Sequence record: ON529853.1
Direction: 5' to 3' (one strand)
Length of the DNA stretch: 64,000 bases
Positions 10,047 to 19,829 of the stretch are shown here, piece by piece (the stretch's first letter is position 1; every line of letters starts with the position of its first letter). A program made the position numbers and the translations under genes. The notes under the pieces were generated by a model. That model was not told the DNA's origin and made no database searches. It was given only the letters and a program-made list of their open reading frames with translations.

Positions 10047-13000
10047 TTAAAAATCCTGCCAGGGCTCGATCGAACGAACACCGGGGAAACCACGGCCAAC
10101 CGCAGTAGATAGTTGATAGATCAGAACGTGGATCGAGTCAAGATTTACGTCAAAGGGTTCCAGGAATCCCGACACATCGAACGTCAGCGTCGCGCTGTCC
10201 GTCTCCGCCCGGTAGAGCACCTGGCTCTCGGCAGGGACCTCGTCGCTGCGCGACAGGTCGCCGGAGAACGGTGCCTTGAGGATGAAGACCTCATAGCGTT
10301 CACGGCCTTCATTCAGCGGGACCGATCCGGTCAGGTCCTGCATATTGCCGCCCATGCGCGTCCGCCGCTTCCACGTCAGGGTCACGCTGGAGCCGCTCAC
10401 GGACCGGCGGATGTCCTTGGGCGCGTAGGGCATCAGATCGCGCGGCTCGTAGCGGGTGATGGTGGCCGGCGACAACTCCGGCTTGATCCCGTCGCCGACC
10501 GCCCGGTGCCAGCGGGTCTTTGCGCGCTGATCCAGCAGTTCGGCGCCCGGTTCGATCGTGTTCGGCGAGAGGACGACGAACATCTCGCCCAGGCCGTGCG
10601 AGGCGCAGGCGTATTCAGTCCCGCGTCGTCCGCGCAGGAGATTCCAGATCGTCCAGGACCCGTCGGCGTTCTCCACGCAATCGCGGAACTGGATCAGTTC
10701 GGCGCCGAGCGCGCACAGGTTGGCGCCGTCCCACAGTTCGTCGTCGGTGATCGATTCCAGTTCGAACCAATCGATCGTCGGCCAGAGCGTGATCCGGGTC
10801 TCCCAGTCGAGCCCGTGCGCGCCGTGTCGCGGCGGCGGCACGATGCCCGACACCTGCGCCCACTCCGTATCCTGATCCGTCAGGTAGACGAGTTCATAGC
10901 TGGCCCCGTCAACGGACCGCCACATCCCGGCGCCGTCGAACGGCGTCTGTCCGCCGTGGGCCACACCGAGATAGTGCAGCGAATAGGCGCCGCCCGTATC
11001 GTCGGCGTCGCGCATCAGCGGGGTGTTCAGCACGATCGCCTTGGCGGCGCGCGGCGGGATGAACGGGAGAGGATCGATCACCCCCGACCCGCCGTCCGCC
11101 ACGGCGTCGCTTTCATAGGCCATAGAGTCCTGGCTGAAGGTCTCCAGGGCATAAGCCCAGTTGGCGCCGAACTCGGTCTGATGCAGACGTTCGCGATAGC
11201 GGCGGCCGTCGGTGAAACGCACGTCGACGATGTCGGCGGGATCGAGATCGATATAGGCCCAGGGCAGGCTGGTGGTGTGTTGCGTGCGCTCGGCCCACTG
11301 CGCCCAGAGCATGCGATTGACCTGATCCTTCGCCTCTTTCGCCGTCATGACGACGCCGATCTCCATCGACACCTGCTGATAGGAGAACATCGCCGGGATC
11401 GGATTGGAGATGCGGCGGGTCTGGGCGGTCGAGGTCTCGAAGTCCTGATCCCAGTTCATGTAGGACAGGTGAACGCGGCGCGGCATGTCGGCGTCCTGGA
11501 TGCGGCTTTCCTTCCAGTAATCGACCCCCTGGCCGTCGCCGCTCGTGCCCAGAAGTCGGGAGGTGATGCGGCGCACGGGCTGGCCCACGCGCGTTTCGTT
11601 CGATCCCGCCCCGCGCATGACGCCGACCATGACGCCGTTGCGCTCCACCAGGTCGAACATGTAGAGCATGCGAAGCTGCGCCAGCACCGAGCGCAGGTCG
11701 GACAAAGACGCCCAGCCGTATCCGCGCACAGGTTGAGTCTGCAAGGCGGTGAGGTCGTACTGCGCCGGCGTCAGGCCCGCCCGATTCAGCAAAAGCGCCA
11801 CGAGCCCCGCCAGCGTCGTGGACTCAGCCTTAACCGTCAGGCCCTTGCGGATGACCTGGACCCCCTGGGTGCCCCCGTAGGTCACGATCTGACCGTTGGC
11901 CGGATCAGCGTACTGGCTCACGACCGTCAGGAAGTTGACCGTGTTTCCGGTCGGTCCGTAGATGGGCTGGCCGCGATAGAGGAGATTGGACTGGGTCGTC
12001 TCCACGGCCGCCTGCGACATCCAGTCAGGATCGATCGCCGCGTAGGGGTCGTGAATCTCGACGATGTAGTCGCCGGAGGCTGCGTTCATCTTGTAGAGAC
12101 GCGACCCGGACACCCACCAGAACTCGCCCGTCGTCAGCACGGACGATTGCACCCCGGCGACCCCGGCGTTGAGCGCGTTTTTACGCCAGGCCCAACGGTT
12201 CTGTTCCGGCAGATACTTACCGATGAAATGACGTTGGGCGTTACGCCACACCAGCAACACGCCCTTGTCGGCGGGGTCGTAGTGGCATCCCAGCACCTGG
12301 AAGTTGCTGATCGCCCCCTCATTCTCAATGGCGACGACTTCGGTTTTCGCCCATCCACCGGCCTGGGACACGCGATACAGGCGCAGGTGCGTGACCATGC
12401 CGCCCGAGGAGTCGCCGCCCTCGAAGATGTAGAAGGTCGCGCTCGGCTCGCCAGAGACCCCCACGTAGTAGCTGGAGCCGTAGACGCCGCGACTCTGCGA
12501 CCCCAGATCGGCCAGGCCGCCCAGACCGAACGACGAGGTGCACAAGGCGCGCTGATAGCCCAGAACGCTGGCATACATACACCATTCACGGCCCTCGCGA
12601 TCGACGCTGAACGCGCCCACGCGGTTGCCGGAGGGAAACTCGGTCGTCGAGTTGGACGACTGCCCGAACCGCCCGATCACCTCATAGGTCACAGGGTCGT
12701 AGAGAATGAACGGCTCGGAGTTGGAGAACCCGCCGTCGCCCTGGGTGACCAGGGCGCCCGTGCTGGGCGAGACGCCCAACAAAGCCGCCAGACCCGGCGT
12801 GGCGCCGCGCCCTTCCTCACTCTGGCTGGAGGGACGCAAGGTGGCGATGCCGCCGTTCGTCAGGCCCACGGCGAGCATGTCCATCTCGCCGTTGTAGGCG
12901 ACCTCAGACGTCTGGTAGCTGGTGATGCGCGAGAAGGCGATCGGCGAGGCGCGGCCGATGATTTCGCCCTCTCCGTCGCCCTGGGCGAACACCTCGACGC

Positions 13001-13517
13001 TGATCTGAGGGATCGAATTACCGAAGTCTTCCAGAGGCATGTCCTGGAACAGAATATAGGCCAGGCCGCGATAGGCCGGCGTATTCCCTTCTCCCACGAT
13101 CTTCTCGATCGTCGGATCGGGCATCTGGTTTTCCCCACCGTCGTAGACCTTGAATTTGAAGGTCTTCTTGATGGCGAGTTTGCCGGTGCCGGTGGCGTCG
13201 TAGATCAGCTTATGGTTGGCCCAAATCTTACGAACGTTCGTGATCGGACCCCGGCAAATCGCCATCGCGAACGTGCCGGTGTAGAGGTAGTATTTGTAGC
13301 GCTTTAGCGCGACCGTCTTCTTCTTCTTGATCTCCTTGATCTTGTCGGTCCAGATCATGTTGCCCGCCACCCGGACGATTCCATAGGCGTTCGGGATCGC
13401 CGCTCCATAGGTGGAGGCGGAGATTTTCAGGTCCTTCAGGCGAGGTCCTTCGGCCGGGAACAGGAAACCGATCCCGATCTGGGCCACCGCCATAACGGCG
13501 AACGAAAACGGGTCCAT
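10047..13517 (-). CDS. GTA-like tail-tip/host-specificity protein, paralogue 2 (1156 aa)
   Basis: GPRLKDLKISASTYGAAIP...GNMIW, PAYRGLAYILFQDMPLEDFGNSIPQISVEV and C-terminal NLLRGRRGTE motifs of the GTA/phage tail-tip family. Confidence 0.85.
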   Translation of the reverse strand: MDPFSFAVMAVAQIGIGFLFPAEGPRLKDLKISASTYGAAIPNAYGIVRVAGNMIWTDKIKEIKKKKTVALKRYKYYLYTGTFAMAICRGPITNVRKIWANHKLIYDATGTGKLAIKKTFKFKVYDGGENQMPDPTIEKIVGEGNTPAYRGLAYILFQDMPLEDFGNSIPQISVEVFAQGDGEGEIIGRASPIAFSRITSYQTSEVAYNGEMDMLAVGLTNGGIATLRPSSQSEEGRGATPGLAALLGVSPSTGALVTQGDGGFSNSEPFILYDPVTYEVIGRFGQSSNSTTEFPSGNRVGAFSVDREGREWCMYASVLGYQRALCTSSFGLGGLADLGSQSRGVYGSSYYVGVSGEPSATFYIFEGGDSSGGMVTHLRLYRVSQAGGWAKTEVVAIENEGAISNFQVLGCHYDPADKGVLLVWRNAQRHFIGKYLPEQNRWAWRKNALNAGVAGVQSSVLTTGEFWWVSGSRLYKMNAASGDYIVEIHDPYAAIDPDWMSQAAVETTQSNLLYRGQPIYGPTGNTVNFLTVVSQYADPANGQIVTYGGTQGVQVIRKGLTVKAESTTLAGLVALLLNRAGLTPAQYDLTALQTQPVRGYGWASLSDLRSVLAQLRMLYMFDLVERNGVMVGVMRGAGSNETRVGQPVRRITSRLLGTSGDGQGVDYWKESRIQDADMPRRVHLSYMNWDQDFETSTAQTRRISNPIPAMFSYQQVSMEIGVVMTAKEAKDQVNRMLWAQWAERTQHTTSLPWAYIDLDPADIVDVRFTDGRRYRERLHQTEFGANWAYALETFSQDSMAYESDAVADGGSGVIDPLPFIPPRAAKAIVLNTPLMRDADDTGGAYSLHYLGVAHGGQTPFDGAGMWRSVDGASYELVYLTDQDTEWAQVSGIVPPPRHGAHGLDWETRITLWPTIDWFELESITDDELWDGANLCALGAELIQFRDCVENADGSWTIWNLLRGRRGTEYACASHGLGEMFVVLSPNTIEPGAELLDQRAKTRWHRAVGDGIKPELSPATITRYEPRDLMPYAPKDIRRSVSGSSVTLTWKRRTRMGGNMQDLTGSVPLNEGRERYEVFILKAPFSGDLSRSDEVPAESQVLYRAETDSATLTFDVSGFLEPFDVNLDSIHVLIYQLSTAVGRGFPGVRSIEPWQDF
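10113..10146 (-). promoter_or_regulatory. Internal sigma70-like promoter AAATC-TTGACT-N17-TATCAA upstream of the DUF2793/fibre genes
   Basis: One of five copies of AAATCTTGAC, all on the minus strand with a 17-nt spacer. Confidence 0.55.
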
Positions 13518-16500
13518 CAGAAGGTCTCGTCGGGAGCAACGGAGCGCAGCGCCGGGAAGCCCCGGCCCACGGCGTCGGAAAGCTGGTAGATCACCAGATG
13601 CAAGGTGTCGGTGAGAGGGTCGAAGCCGTCTTCGGCCTGGGCCGCCGTGTCGTAGACGAACTGAGGCGTGGCCGTCTCGTACCGGCGGCGGTAGGTTTCG
13701 GGGCCGCGCCCGCGTGACCGGTCGCCGTCAAAGGGGGCGTCCAGCACGTAGGCCTCATAGCGCTCGATCCGTTCCGCCAGGGGCACTTCGCCGGTGCCGT
13801 CCTGCATGTTGCCGCCGAAACGGGTGCAGCGGCTCCAGGTGACCGTGAAGTCGTTGGTCGTTTCAGCCTTCGCCCGCCGCAGATCGGCCGGAGGATAGGG
13901 CATGAGGTCACGCGGTTCGTAGGCCAGGCTCAGAACGCCCTGGGTCGCCAGCGATCCGCCCGAGGCGACCGCCTTGAAGAAGCGGGCCTGACCGCGCGCG
14001 CTGGTCTGATCGACGGCGAAGCCGACCGTATCCGACGACAGGAAGACAAAACGTTCGCCGGCTTTGTGGCCGTCGCAGGCGTATTCCGTGCCCCGGCGCG
14101 CGCGCAGCAGATTCCACAGACTCCAGGTGCCGTCTTCGTTCTCGACGCAGTCCCGGAACTGAATGATCTCGTCGCCGACCAGGGCGAGGTTGGCGCCGGC
14201 CCAGAGTTCGTCGTCGGTGACGGATTCCACCACGAACCAGTCCACCGCCGGCCGGATCGTCAACCGGCTGGTCCAGTCCAGGGCATAGGCCCCGAACGGC
14301 GGCGGCGGCAGAACGTCTCCGATGATGGTGCCCCACTCCAGGTCGGAGTCCGGCGACGGGATGACATCATAGTCGAGGTTGTTGACCGAACGCAGCAAGG
14401 CTCCGCCCGTCCAGGCCTGCTCCATGCCGTTGCCGAGCCCGACATAGTAGATGCTGGCCGACCCGCCCTGATCGTCCATATCGCGCATCAGGGGCGTATT
14501 GAACACGAACGGAAGCGCCAGGCCCGGCGGCAGGATGGCGGACGACCCTCCAGACCCTGCGCCGCCGTCCGCCTCCATTTCATCCCACCCGTCATAGGCG
14601 CCAGAGTCCTGGGCGTAGCATTCCGTGCCCATGATGAAGTCGGCGCCGATCTCGGTGCGGTCGATGCGATCCTCATAAAGGCGGCCGTCGTCCATCCGCA
14701 CATTGATGGTGTCGCCAGGATCGAGCATCAGGTAGGACCAGGGCAGGAAGGTGCGATGGCGCACCCGTTCCGCCCACTGCGCATACAGCATCTTGTGGAC
14801 CTGGGCCTTGGCCTCTTTCGCCGCCATGACGATGTTGATCTCCATGCTCACCTGCTGTCGCGAGAACATGGTCGGGACCGGCGAGGCGATCCGCACGGAA
14901 TGGGCCGTCGAGGTCTCAAAGTCGCGATCGACGTTCATGTAGGAGATCGTGACGCGCGCCGGCAGATCGGCTTCCTGAAGGCGCGTTTCGCTCCAGAAAT
15001 CGGTGGCTTCCGGCGATGACGACCCCAGCGCCGCTTGCGGGATGACCTCGACCGGTACGCCCATGCCGTTGGTGTCGTCCGCCCGCATGGACGCCACCAG
15101 CAGGCCTTCCCGCTCCACCAGATCGAACAGGAACAGGCGACGCAGTTCGTCGAGCACGCCCTTGATGTCGGTGGCCGACGCCCAGCCGTAGCCCCGGATC
15201 GGAATCGCATAGAGCGCCGACAGGTCGGTGCGCATCAGCGGCATGCCGCCTTCTTCGAGAAGGCGCGCCACGATGGTGCCGACGCTGACGCCGGTGGCGA
15301 TGTTCGTCGCCTTGACGACGCCGTCCACTCCGTCGAGTGCGATCAGCAACCCGCGCTGGGCGTCGATCGCCTGGAGCGTCGCCACGCCGCCGACGTAAGG
15401 CTCCTTGAGCGGAATACCCGCGCCTTGCGTGCTCTCGATCATGTTCACAGTGCGCCCTGCCGCCTGTCCGCCGGACATGTAGTCATGCTGCGCATAGGCT
15501 TCAGGGCTGTCGGCGTAGGCCCAGCCGAATTCGTAGTAGTCCGCCAGAACCTGAGGATAACGGGCCAGATAGTCCGCCCAGTCAGGCGTGCCGGTGGCTT
15601 CACCGGCGTCTTCGCCGTCGATCGGCGTGCCCGTTGCGGTGTCCAGGAGATAGACGCGCCCCTCCACGAGCCATGCAAGCTGGGACTCCAGCGTGCGGCT
15701 CTCCGGCGCGATTTGGGGCGGGTATCCGGGGATGGCGCGCGACCAGGCGACGGCGCCGGTGTCCTCGTTCCACTTGGTCAGATAGGCCTGACCGCCGCGC
15801 TTCATGAAGATCAACACGCCGGGCATGCCGGCATCCCACAGGACGGGTCCGACCTCGGTCCCCTCGATCTCGGCGAGGTCTTCAATCCCGTCGGCGGTCA
15901 CACGCGACAGGCGCAAGGACGCGCCCGTCGGGCGGACGACGTAGAAGATCGCCGAAGCGGCGATGTCGGTCGGGTCGCGACCGACCATCCGGGCGCCGGA
16001 GCCCAGAGACCCCGTCCAAAGGACGTCGAGCGTGGCGGCGTCGTGCAGGCAGGCGACTCCAGCCCCATCTACAGCCAGGACCCGCATCGCGCCGTTGCTG
16101 GCCGAGGCGGGGGCCGCGCGGACGTACTGGAGCGAGGGCGTATGGGTGGCGACCAGTTGCAGGGAGAAGGGGTCCAGGCGGCCCAGGGCGTTGGGGCCGC
16201 CCTCGGGGCCGAACAGGGTGAACAGGGAGCCGTCGACGCCGCCGCACAGGAGACGGTTGAGCCGCTCGCCCTCGGGATAGCCAAGGGTCTCGGCCGGGTA
16301 GAAGACGCGAGCCTTGCCGTCGCGCAGGCTGACGGATTTAATGGCGTCGTCGTAGCGCAGGTAGAAGATCGCGCGCGGGAAATCGAAAACCGCTTCACCC
16401 TGGTCGCGCTCGCGGTCAAGGTCCGTGACGCCGTCCTGTTCGGTCAGCGGCGTCACCACCACGGTGGTGGTTTGCTCACCCACCATCACCTCGGCGGTGA

Positions 16501-17074
16501 TCTGGGGAATGCGGTTGCCGAAATCCTCCAGAGGCATGTCGTCGAACAGGATATAGGCCAGCCCCCGGAAGGCCGGCGCGTTGCCTTCGCCCAGGTTGGT
16601 TTCGATGGCGGAATCCGGCAACTGATCCTCATCGCCGCGATAGAAGCGCATCCGGTATTTGGAAACGCCCTGCCCCGTCACACGCTGGGTGATCGCTTCC
16701 TTGACCGAGTTGGGTTGGGTCGCCTGCGTGGGGCTGACGCCGCCCGTGGCGTCGTAGATCAGCTTGTTGTCGGCCCAGATGCGACGGATTTCGCGCACCG
16801 GCCCCTGGCACAGCCCCATGGCGAAGGTGCAGAAGTAGGTATACTGGTTATAGTATCCGCCCTTGCCGGACTTCTTCTTCTTGTTCTCCCGGATCGGCAT
16901 CGACCAGATCATGTTGCCCGGCACCCGCGTCAGGCCGAACACCCAGGGAATGGCGGCGCCGTAGGTCGAGGCGCTGATCTTCAGGTCCTTCAGGCGCGGG
17001 CCTTCGGACGGGAACAGATAGCTGATCCCGACCTGGGCCACCGCCATCATCGCCATGCTGAACGGATCAGCCAT
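13517..17074 (-). CDS. GTA-like tail-tip/host-specificity protein, paralogue 1 (1185 aa)
   Basis: Same N- and C-terminal motifs as 10047-13517; its stop overlaps the next start (TGATG). Confidence 0.85.
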   Translation of the reverse strand: MADPFSMAMMAVAQVGISYLFPSEGPRLKDLKISASTYGAAIPWVFGLTRVPGNMIWSMPIRENKKKKSGKGGYYNQYTYFCTFAMGLCQGPVREIRRIWADNKLIYDATGGVSPTQATQPNSVKEAITQRVTGQGVSKYRMRFYRGDEDQLPDSAIETNLGEGNAPAFRGLAYILFDDMPLEDFGNRIPQITAEVMVGEQTTTVVVTPLTEQDGVTDLDRERDQGEAVFDFPRAIFYLRYDDAIKSVSLRDGKARVFYPAETLGYPEGERLNRLLCGGVDGSLFTLFGPEGGPNALGRLDPFSLQLVATHTPSLQYVRAAPASASNGAMRVLAVDGAGVACLHDAATLDVLWTGSLGSGARMVGRDPTDIAASAIFYVVRPTGASLRLSRVTADGIEDLAEIEGTEVGPVLWDAGMPGVLIFMKRGGQAYLTKWNEDTGAVAWSRAIPGYPPQIAPESRTLESQLAWLVEGRVYLLDTATGTPIDGEDAGEATGTPDWADYLARYPQVLADYYEFGWAYADSPEAYAQHDYMSGGQAAGRTVNMIESTQGAGIPLKEPYVGGVATLQAIDAQRGLLIALDGVDGVVKATNIATGVSVGTIVARLLEEGGMPLMRTDLSALYAIPIRGYGWASATDIKGVLDELRRLFLFDLVEREGLLVASMRADDTNGMGVPVEVIPQAALGSSSPEATDFWSETRLQEADLPARVTISYMNVDRDFETSTAHSVRIASPVPTMFSRQQVSMEINIVMAAKEAKAQVHKMLYAQWAERVRHRTFLPWSYLMLDPGDTINVRMDDGRLYEDRIDRTEIGADFIMGTECYAQDSGAYDGWDEMEADGGAGSGGSSAILPPGLALPFVFNTPLMRDMDDQGGSASIYYVGLGNGMEQAWTGGALLRSVNNLDYDVIPSPDSDLEWGTIIGDVLPPPPFGAYALDWTSRLTIRPAVDWFVVESVTDDELWAGANLALVGDEIIQFRDCVENEDGTWSLWNLLRARRGTEYACDGHKAGERFVFLSSDTVGFAVDQTSARGQARFFKAVASGGSLATQGVLSLAYEPRDLMPYPPADLRRAKAETTNDFTVTWSRCTRFGGNMQDGTGEVPLAERIERYEAYVLDAPFDGDRSRGRGPETYRRRYETATPQFVYDTAAQAEDGFDPLTDTLHLVIYQLSDAVGRGFPALRSVAPDETF

Positions 17075-17078
17075 TGTC

Positions 17079-17495
17079 TTAGTCCTCCACGCCGGGGAAA
17101 TCGAGCACGCAGCGCAGGCGGGTCGACCAGTAGCCGTCCCATTCCTCTTCGATCACGCTGCGCTTGGAGAGCGAGGCGTGCAGGAGGTAGGGTCGGTCGT
17201 ATTTTTCAGTGATGATGCCGATGTGGCAGGGTTGGTGCTGGTCGCGCAGGATCACCGCCGCGCCCGGCGCGATCACCTGGGGGTCGCGGTAGATCATGAA
17301 GCGCTTGACGTGATCGACGAAGCGGCCGTCAGGGTTTCGCGAATAGCCTTCGATGTCCTCGTAAGGCACGTCGAAAGCCGCGCCCACCACACAGACCAGG
17401 CCGATGCAGTCGACGCCGGTCGAGGTGCGCCCCCTGTGGCGCCAGGGCACGCCCAGCAGTCGGCGGGCTTCATTGATGATGTCTTGACGCAGCAT
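17079..17495 (-). CDS. NlpC/P60 family tail-associated peptidase
   Basis: LLGVPWRHRGRTSTGVDCIGLV (catalytic Cys) and PCHIGI (His); GTA-like position. Confidence 0.9.
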   Translation of the reverse strand: MLRQDIINEARRLLGVPWRHRGRTSTGVDCIGLVCVVGAAFDVPYEDIEGYSRNPDGRFVDHVKRFMIYRDPQVIAPGAAVILRDQHQPCHIGIITEKYDRPYLLHASLSKRSVIEEEWDGYWSTRLRCVLDFPGVED

Positions 17496-17499
17496 GGAG

Positions 17500-19173
17500 T
17501 TACATCGCCGGGGCGTTGGGGGTCTGGTAGTATTTGTCCTGGCCCGGCACGTCGGGTTCGCCCCGGAAGTTCAGGATGTTGGCGAACTTGTCCTTGCAGG
17601 TGGCGCGGGTCTTGTCGCAGCCGGGGTGGATGACGAAACGGTCGCCGGCGCGGGGGATGTGGTAGGGGCGCTGGAACAGCGTCACGGAGGCGGCGGCGGA
17701 CACCTTGATCTCCTGGGCGCGACCGGCGTTCAGGCCGGTCTCCCACATGATCAGGCCGCCGTCGTAATAGCCGACGGCGTCGCCCAGCGCCGAGGTCACG
17801 ACCGTGCGGCCGCCGTCCGAGGTGCCGATCACGGTCATCGACTTCTTGTAGGACTTGACCGCTTTCCAGGTGACGGCCCCGTCCTGAATAGTGTCCCCCA
17901 GGAGGTTCGACCAGGCGGGTTCATCGGCGCCAGAGACGCCCGAGGTGACGCACTGGAAGGCCACGTCGCCGTACTGGGACGACGACCCGAGCGTGCCGTT
18001 GGGGAAGTTGACCGCGAGCGTGACCGTGTCGAAAGCGGCGCCTTCGGAATAGCGGCTGCGCTTGTGCGCGAAGAGGTCGACCCGCAGGCGGCGGGTCCCC
18101 GCCGGGATCAGGACGTCGCGCACGATCTCCTGGAACCAGCGGTCTTCGGCCGTCTTTTTGAGGCCCGTGTCGTAGATGGCCGAGGCCCCGATCTGGACGC
18201 CGGCGCCGTCCAGGGCGAAAACCCGGAACCGCGCCCCCGCTTCCTTGGGGTTGACGCAGGCGTACCAGACGGTGGCGAACAGGCGGCACAGGCCGGTGTC
18301 GAGTTGTTCCGCGTCGCCGCCTTGGGCGATCAGGTCGACATCCTGATACATGCCGATGTCCGCGACCGTGTGGCCGCCGCCATCGTTGTTGGTCAGGTCC
18401 GACACGGTCCAGCCGTCGTCGGTGCCGAAGGCTGCGTAGGAATCCTTGCCGCCGAGCCCGAAGAAGGGAGTCTGGCGGACGGTCCAACGCCCGCGCGCGT
18501 CGCCGTAGCTGGTCCAGCCTTCAATATCGCGAACCGTCACGGGCAGGGTGGCCGCGTCCTGGTCGAAGGACGGGTTTTGCAGCGACAGGTTCAGGTATCC
18601 GGTCGCCACATTGATGATGCCGCGCACGACGTCGCCTCGGCGATAGAAGCCGCCGGGACGCCAGTCGGCGGGGCTGATCGCCACGCGGCAGCGGCGATCG
18701 CCCAGGTCCGCACGGCACTCGGGCGCGTAGCCCTCGCCGATGCGGTAGGTATAGACCTGGGTCAGCCCACGCAGTTCGGCGATGAAGGTCGAATCCTCGT
18801 TCATCGTCACTTCGCCGAGCCAGCCCGTGCGCAGGGTCGTGGACCCCGAATCCGGCTCCATCCAGTTGACGATGAAGACGCGGACCTCGGCGAAATCAAA
18901 CAGGCCGCTCGCCACGTCGGAGCGCGCGATGTGCTTGGAATTCAGGATGCCCCGAACCTCCATCTGGTCGACTTCCAGATCGAGGCCGGTGGTGATGGAG
19001 GTGCGGGCGAACGAGGAATAGGGGACGTATTCCGAAGAGCCGATCCGCAGGACCTGATCGTGGTCGGTGAACCGGAACGAGCGCCCGTCCTTGCGGATGA
19101 TCTCCAGGCAGGTGCACAGCGTGGTGACGCCTTGGCGGATATGGCTCTTCAGGGCGGGAGTGAGGTCTTTCAT
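17500..19173 (-). CDS. DUF2163 baseplate hub protein with central insertion
   Basis: LCTCLEIIRKDGRSFRFTDHD N-terminus; CRADLGDRRC; C-terminal GCDKTRATCKDKFANILNFRGEPDVPG. Confidence 0.9.
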   Translation of the reverse strand: MKDLTPALKSHIRQGVTTLCTCLEIIRKDGRSFRFTDHDQVLRIGSSEYVPYSSFARTSITTGLDLEVDQMEVRGILNSKHIARSDVASGLFDFAEVRVFIVNWMEPDSGSTTLRTGWLGEVTMNEDSTFIAELRGLTQVYTYRIGEGYAPECRADLGDRRCRVAISPADWRPGGFYRRGDVVRGIINVATGYLNLSLQNPSFDQDAATLPVTVRDIEGWTSYGDARGRWTVRQTPFFGLGGKDSYAAFGTDDGWTVSDLTNNDGGGHTVADIGMYQDVDLIAQGGDAEQLDTGLCRLFATVWYACVNPKEAGARFRVFALDGAGVQIGASAIYDTGLKKTAEDRWFQEIVRDVLIPAGTRRLRVDLFAHKRSRYSEGAAFDTVTLAVNFPNGTLGSSSQYGDVAFQCVTSGVSGADEPAWSNLLGDTIQDGAVTWKAVKSYKKSMTVIGTSDGGRTVVTSALGDAVGYYDGGLIMWETGLNAGRAQEIKVSAAASVTLFQRPYHIPRAGDRFVIHPGCDKTRATCKDKFANILNFRGEPDVPGQDKYYQTPNAPAM

Positions 19174-19176
19174 GGG

Positions 19177-19827
19177 TCAGCCCTGGAACAGGTCGTTCCA
19201 GTCGCGGACTTCGACCAGGGGGATCGAGGACCAGGACTGGGTCAGCCAGAACTCGTGCGTCGAATCGAGGTGGTCGGTGTCGAAGCGCACCGGAACATGG
19301 AACTCGGCCGCGCCGATCATGATCGGCGCGGTGTTGAGCGGCGGGACGGCGAAGATGATCTTGCCGGTGTCGTGATCGATCGTGTAGTCGACGCCCTGCA
19401 CTTGGACGGCCGCGCCCATCTTGACGCCGGCCACGGTGTTCCAGGCGATCTTGTAAAGCTTGCGCTGATAGACGTAGTTCTGCGCCGTCGCCGGGTTCTG
19501 GTCGTTGTAGGTCTTGATGATCTGGAACTCGGTCTGCACGCCGTCGCCCAGCGCGATGACCTGCTGCTTCAGGCGAAAATCGTTGTAGTCCTTGAAGCGG
19601 AACCCGAAGGCGCGGCCGCGCCGGGCGTAGAAGAACGCCGTCAGTTCGTCCATCTGCTCCTGGCTCTTGATGCCGTGGCTGACGTCGTACTCGGCGCGCG
19701 TCATCGACCAATCGATGTTGCGCTGCTCGTAGCCGGAGTCAGCGGTGAAGATCGTCGTCTTGAATTTCGGGCCGCCCGACGAGCCGTAGGAAATCTCCGT
19801 CGGGAAAAGCACCTCGTGAAAGGCCAT
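19177..19827 (-). CDS. DUF2460 distal tail protein (216 aa)
   Basis: MAFHEVLFPTEISYGSSGGPKFKT...FFYARRGRAFGFRFKD...EFHVPVRFDTD; start taken at ATG 19827. Confidence 0.9.
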   Translation of the reverse strand: MAFHEVLFPTEISYGSSGGPKFKTTIFTADSGYEQRNIDWSMTRAEYDVSHGIKSQEQMDELTAFFYARRGRAFGFRFKDYNDFRLKQQVIALGDGVQTEFQIIKTYNDQNPATAQNYVYQRKLYKIAWNTVAGVKMGAAVQVQGVDYTIDHDTGKIIFAVPPLNTAPIMIGAAEFHVPVRFDTDHLDSTHEFWLTQSWSSIPLVEVRDWNDLFQG

Positions 19828-19829
19828 GG

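Noticed and set aside
10113-13307. 1064-aa plus-strand ORF (also 52145-55318, 5909-8191, 17494-19833)
   Set aside because: Shadows of real minus-strand genes caused by stop-codon scarcity at high GC.
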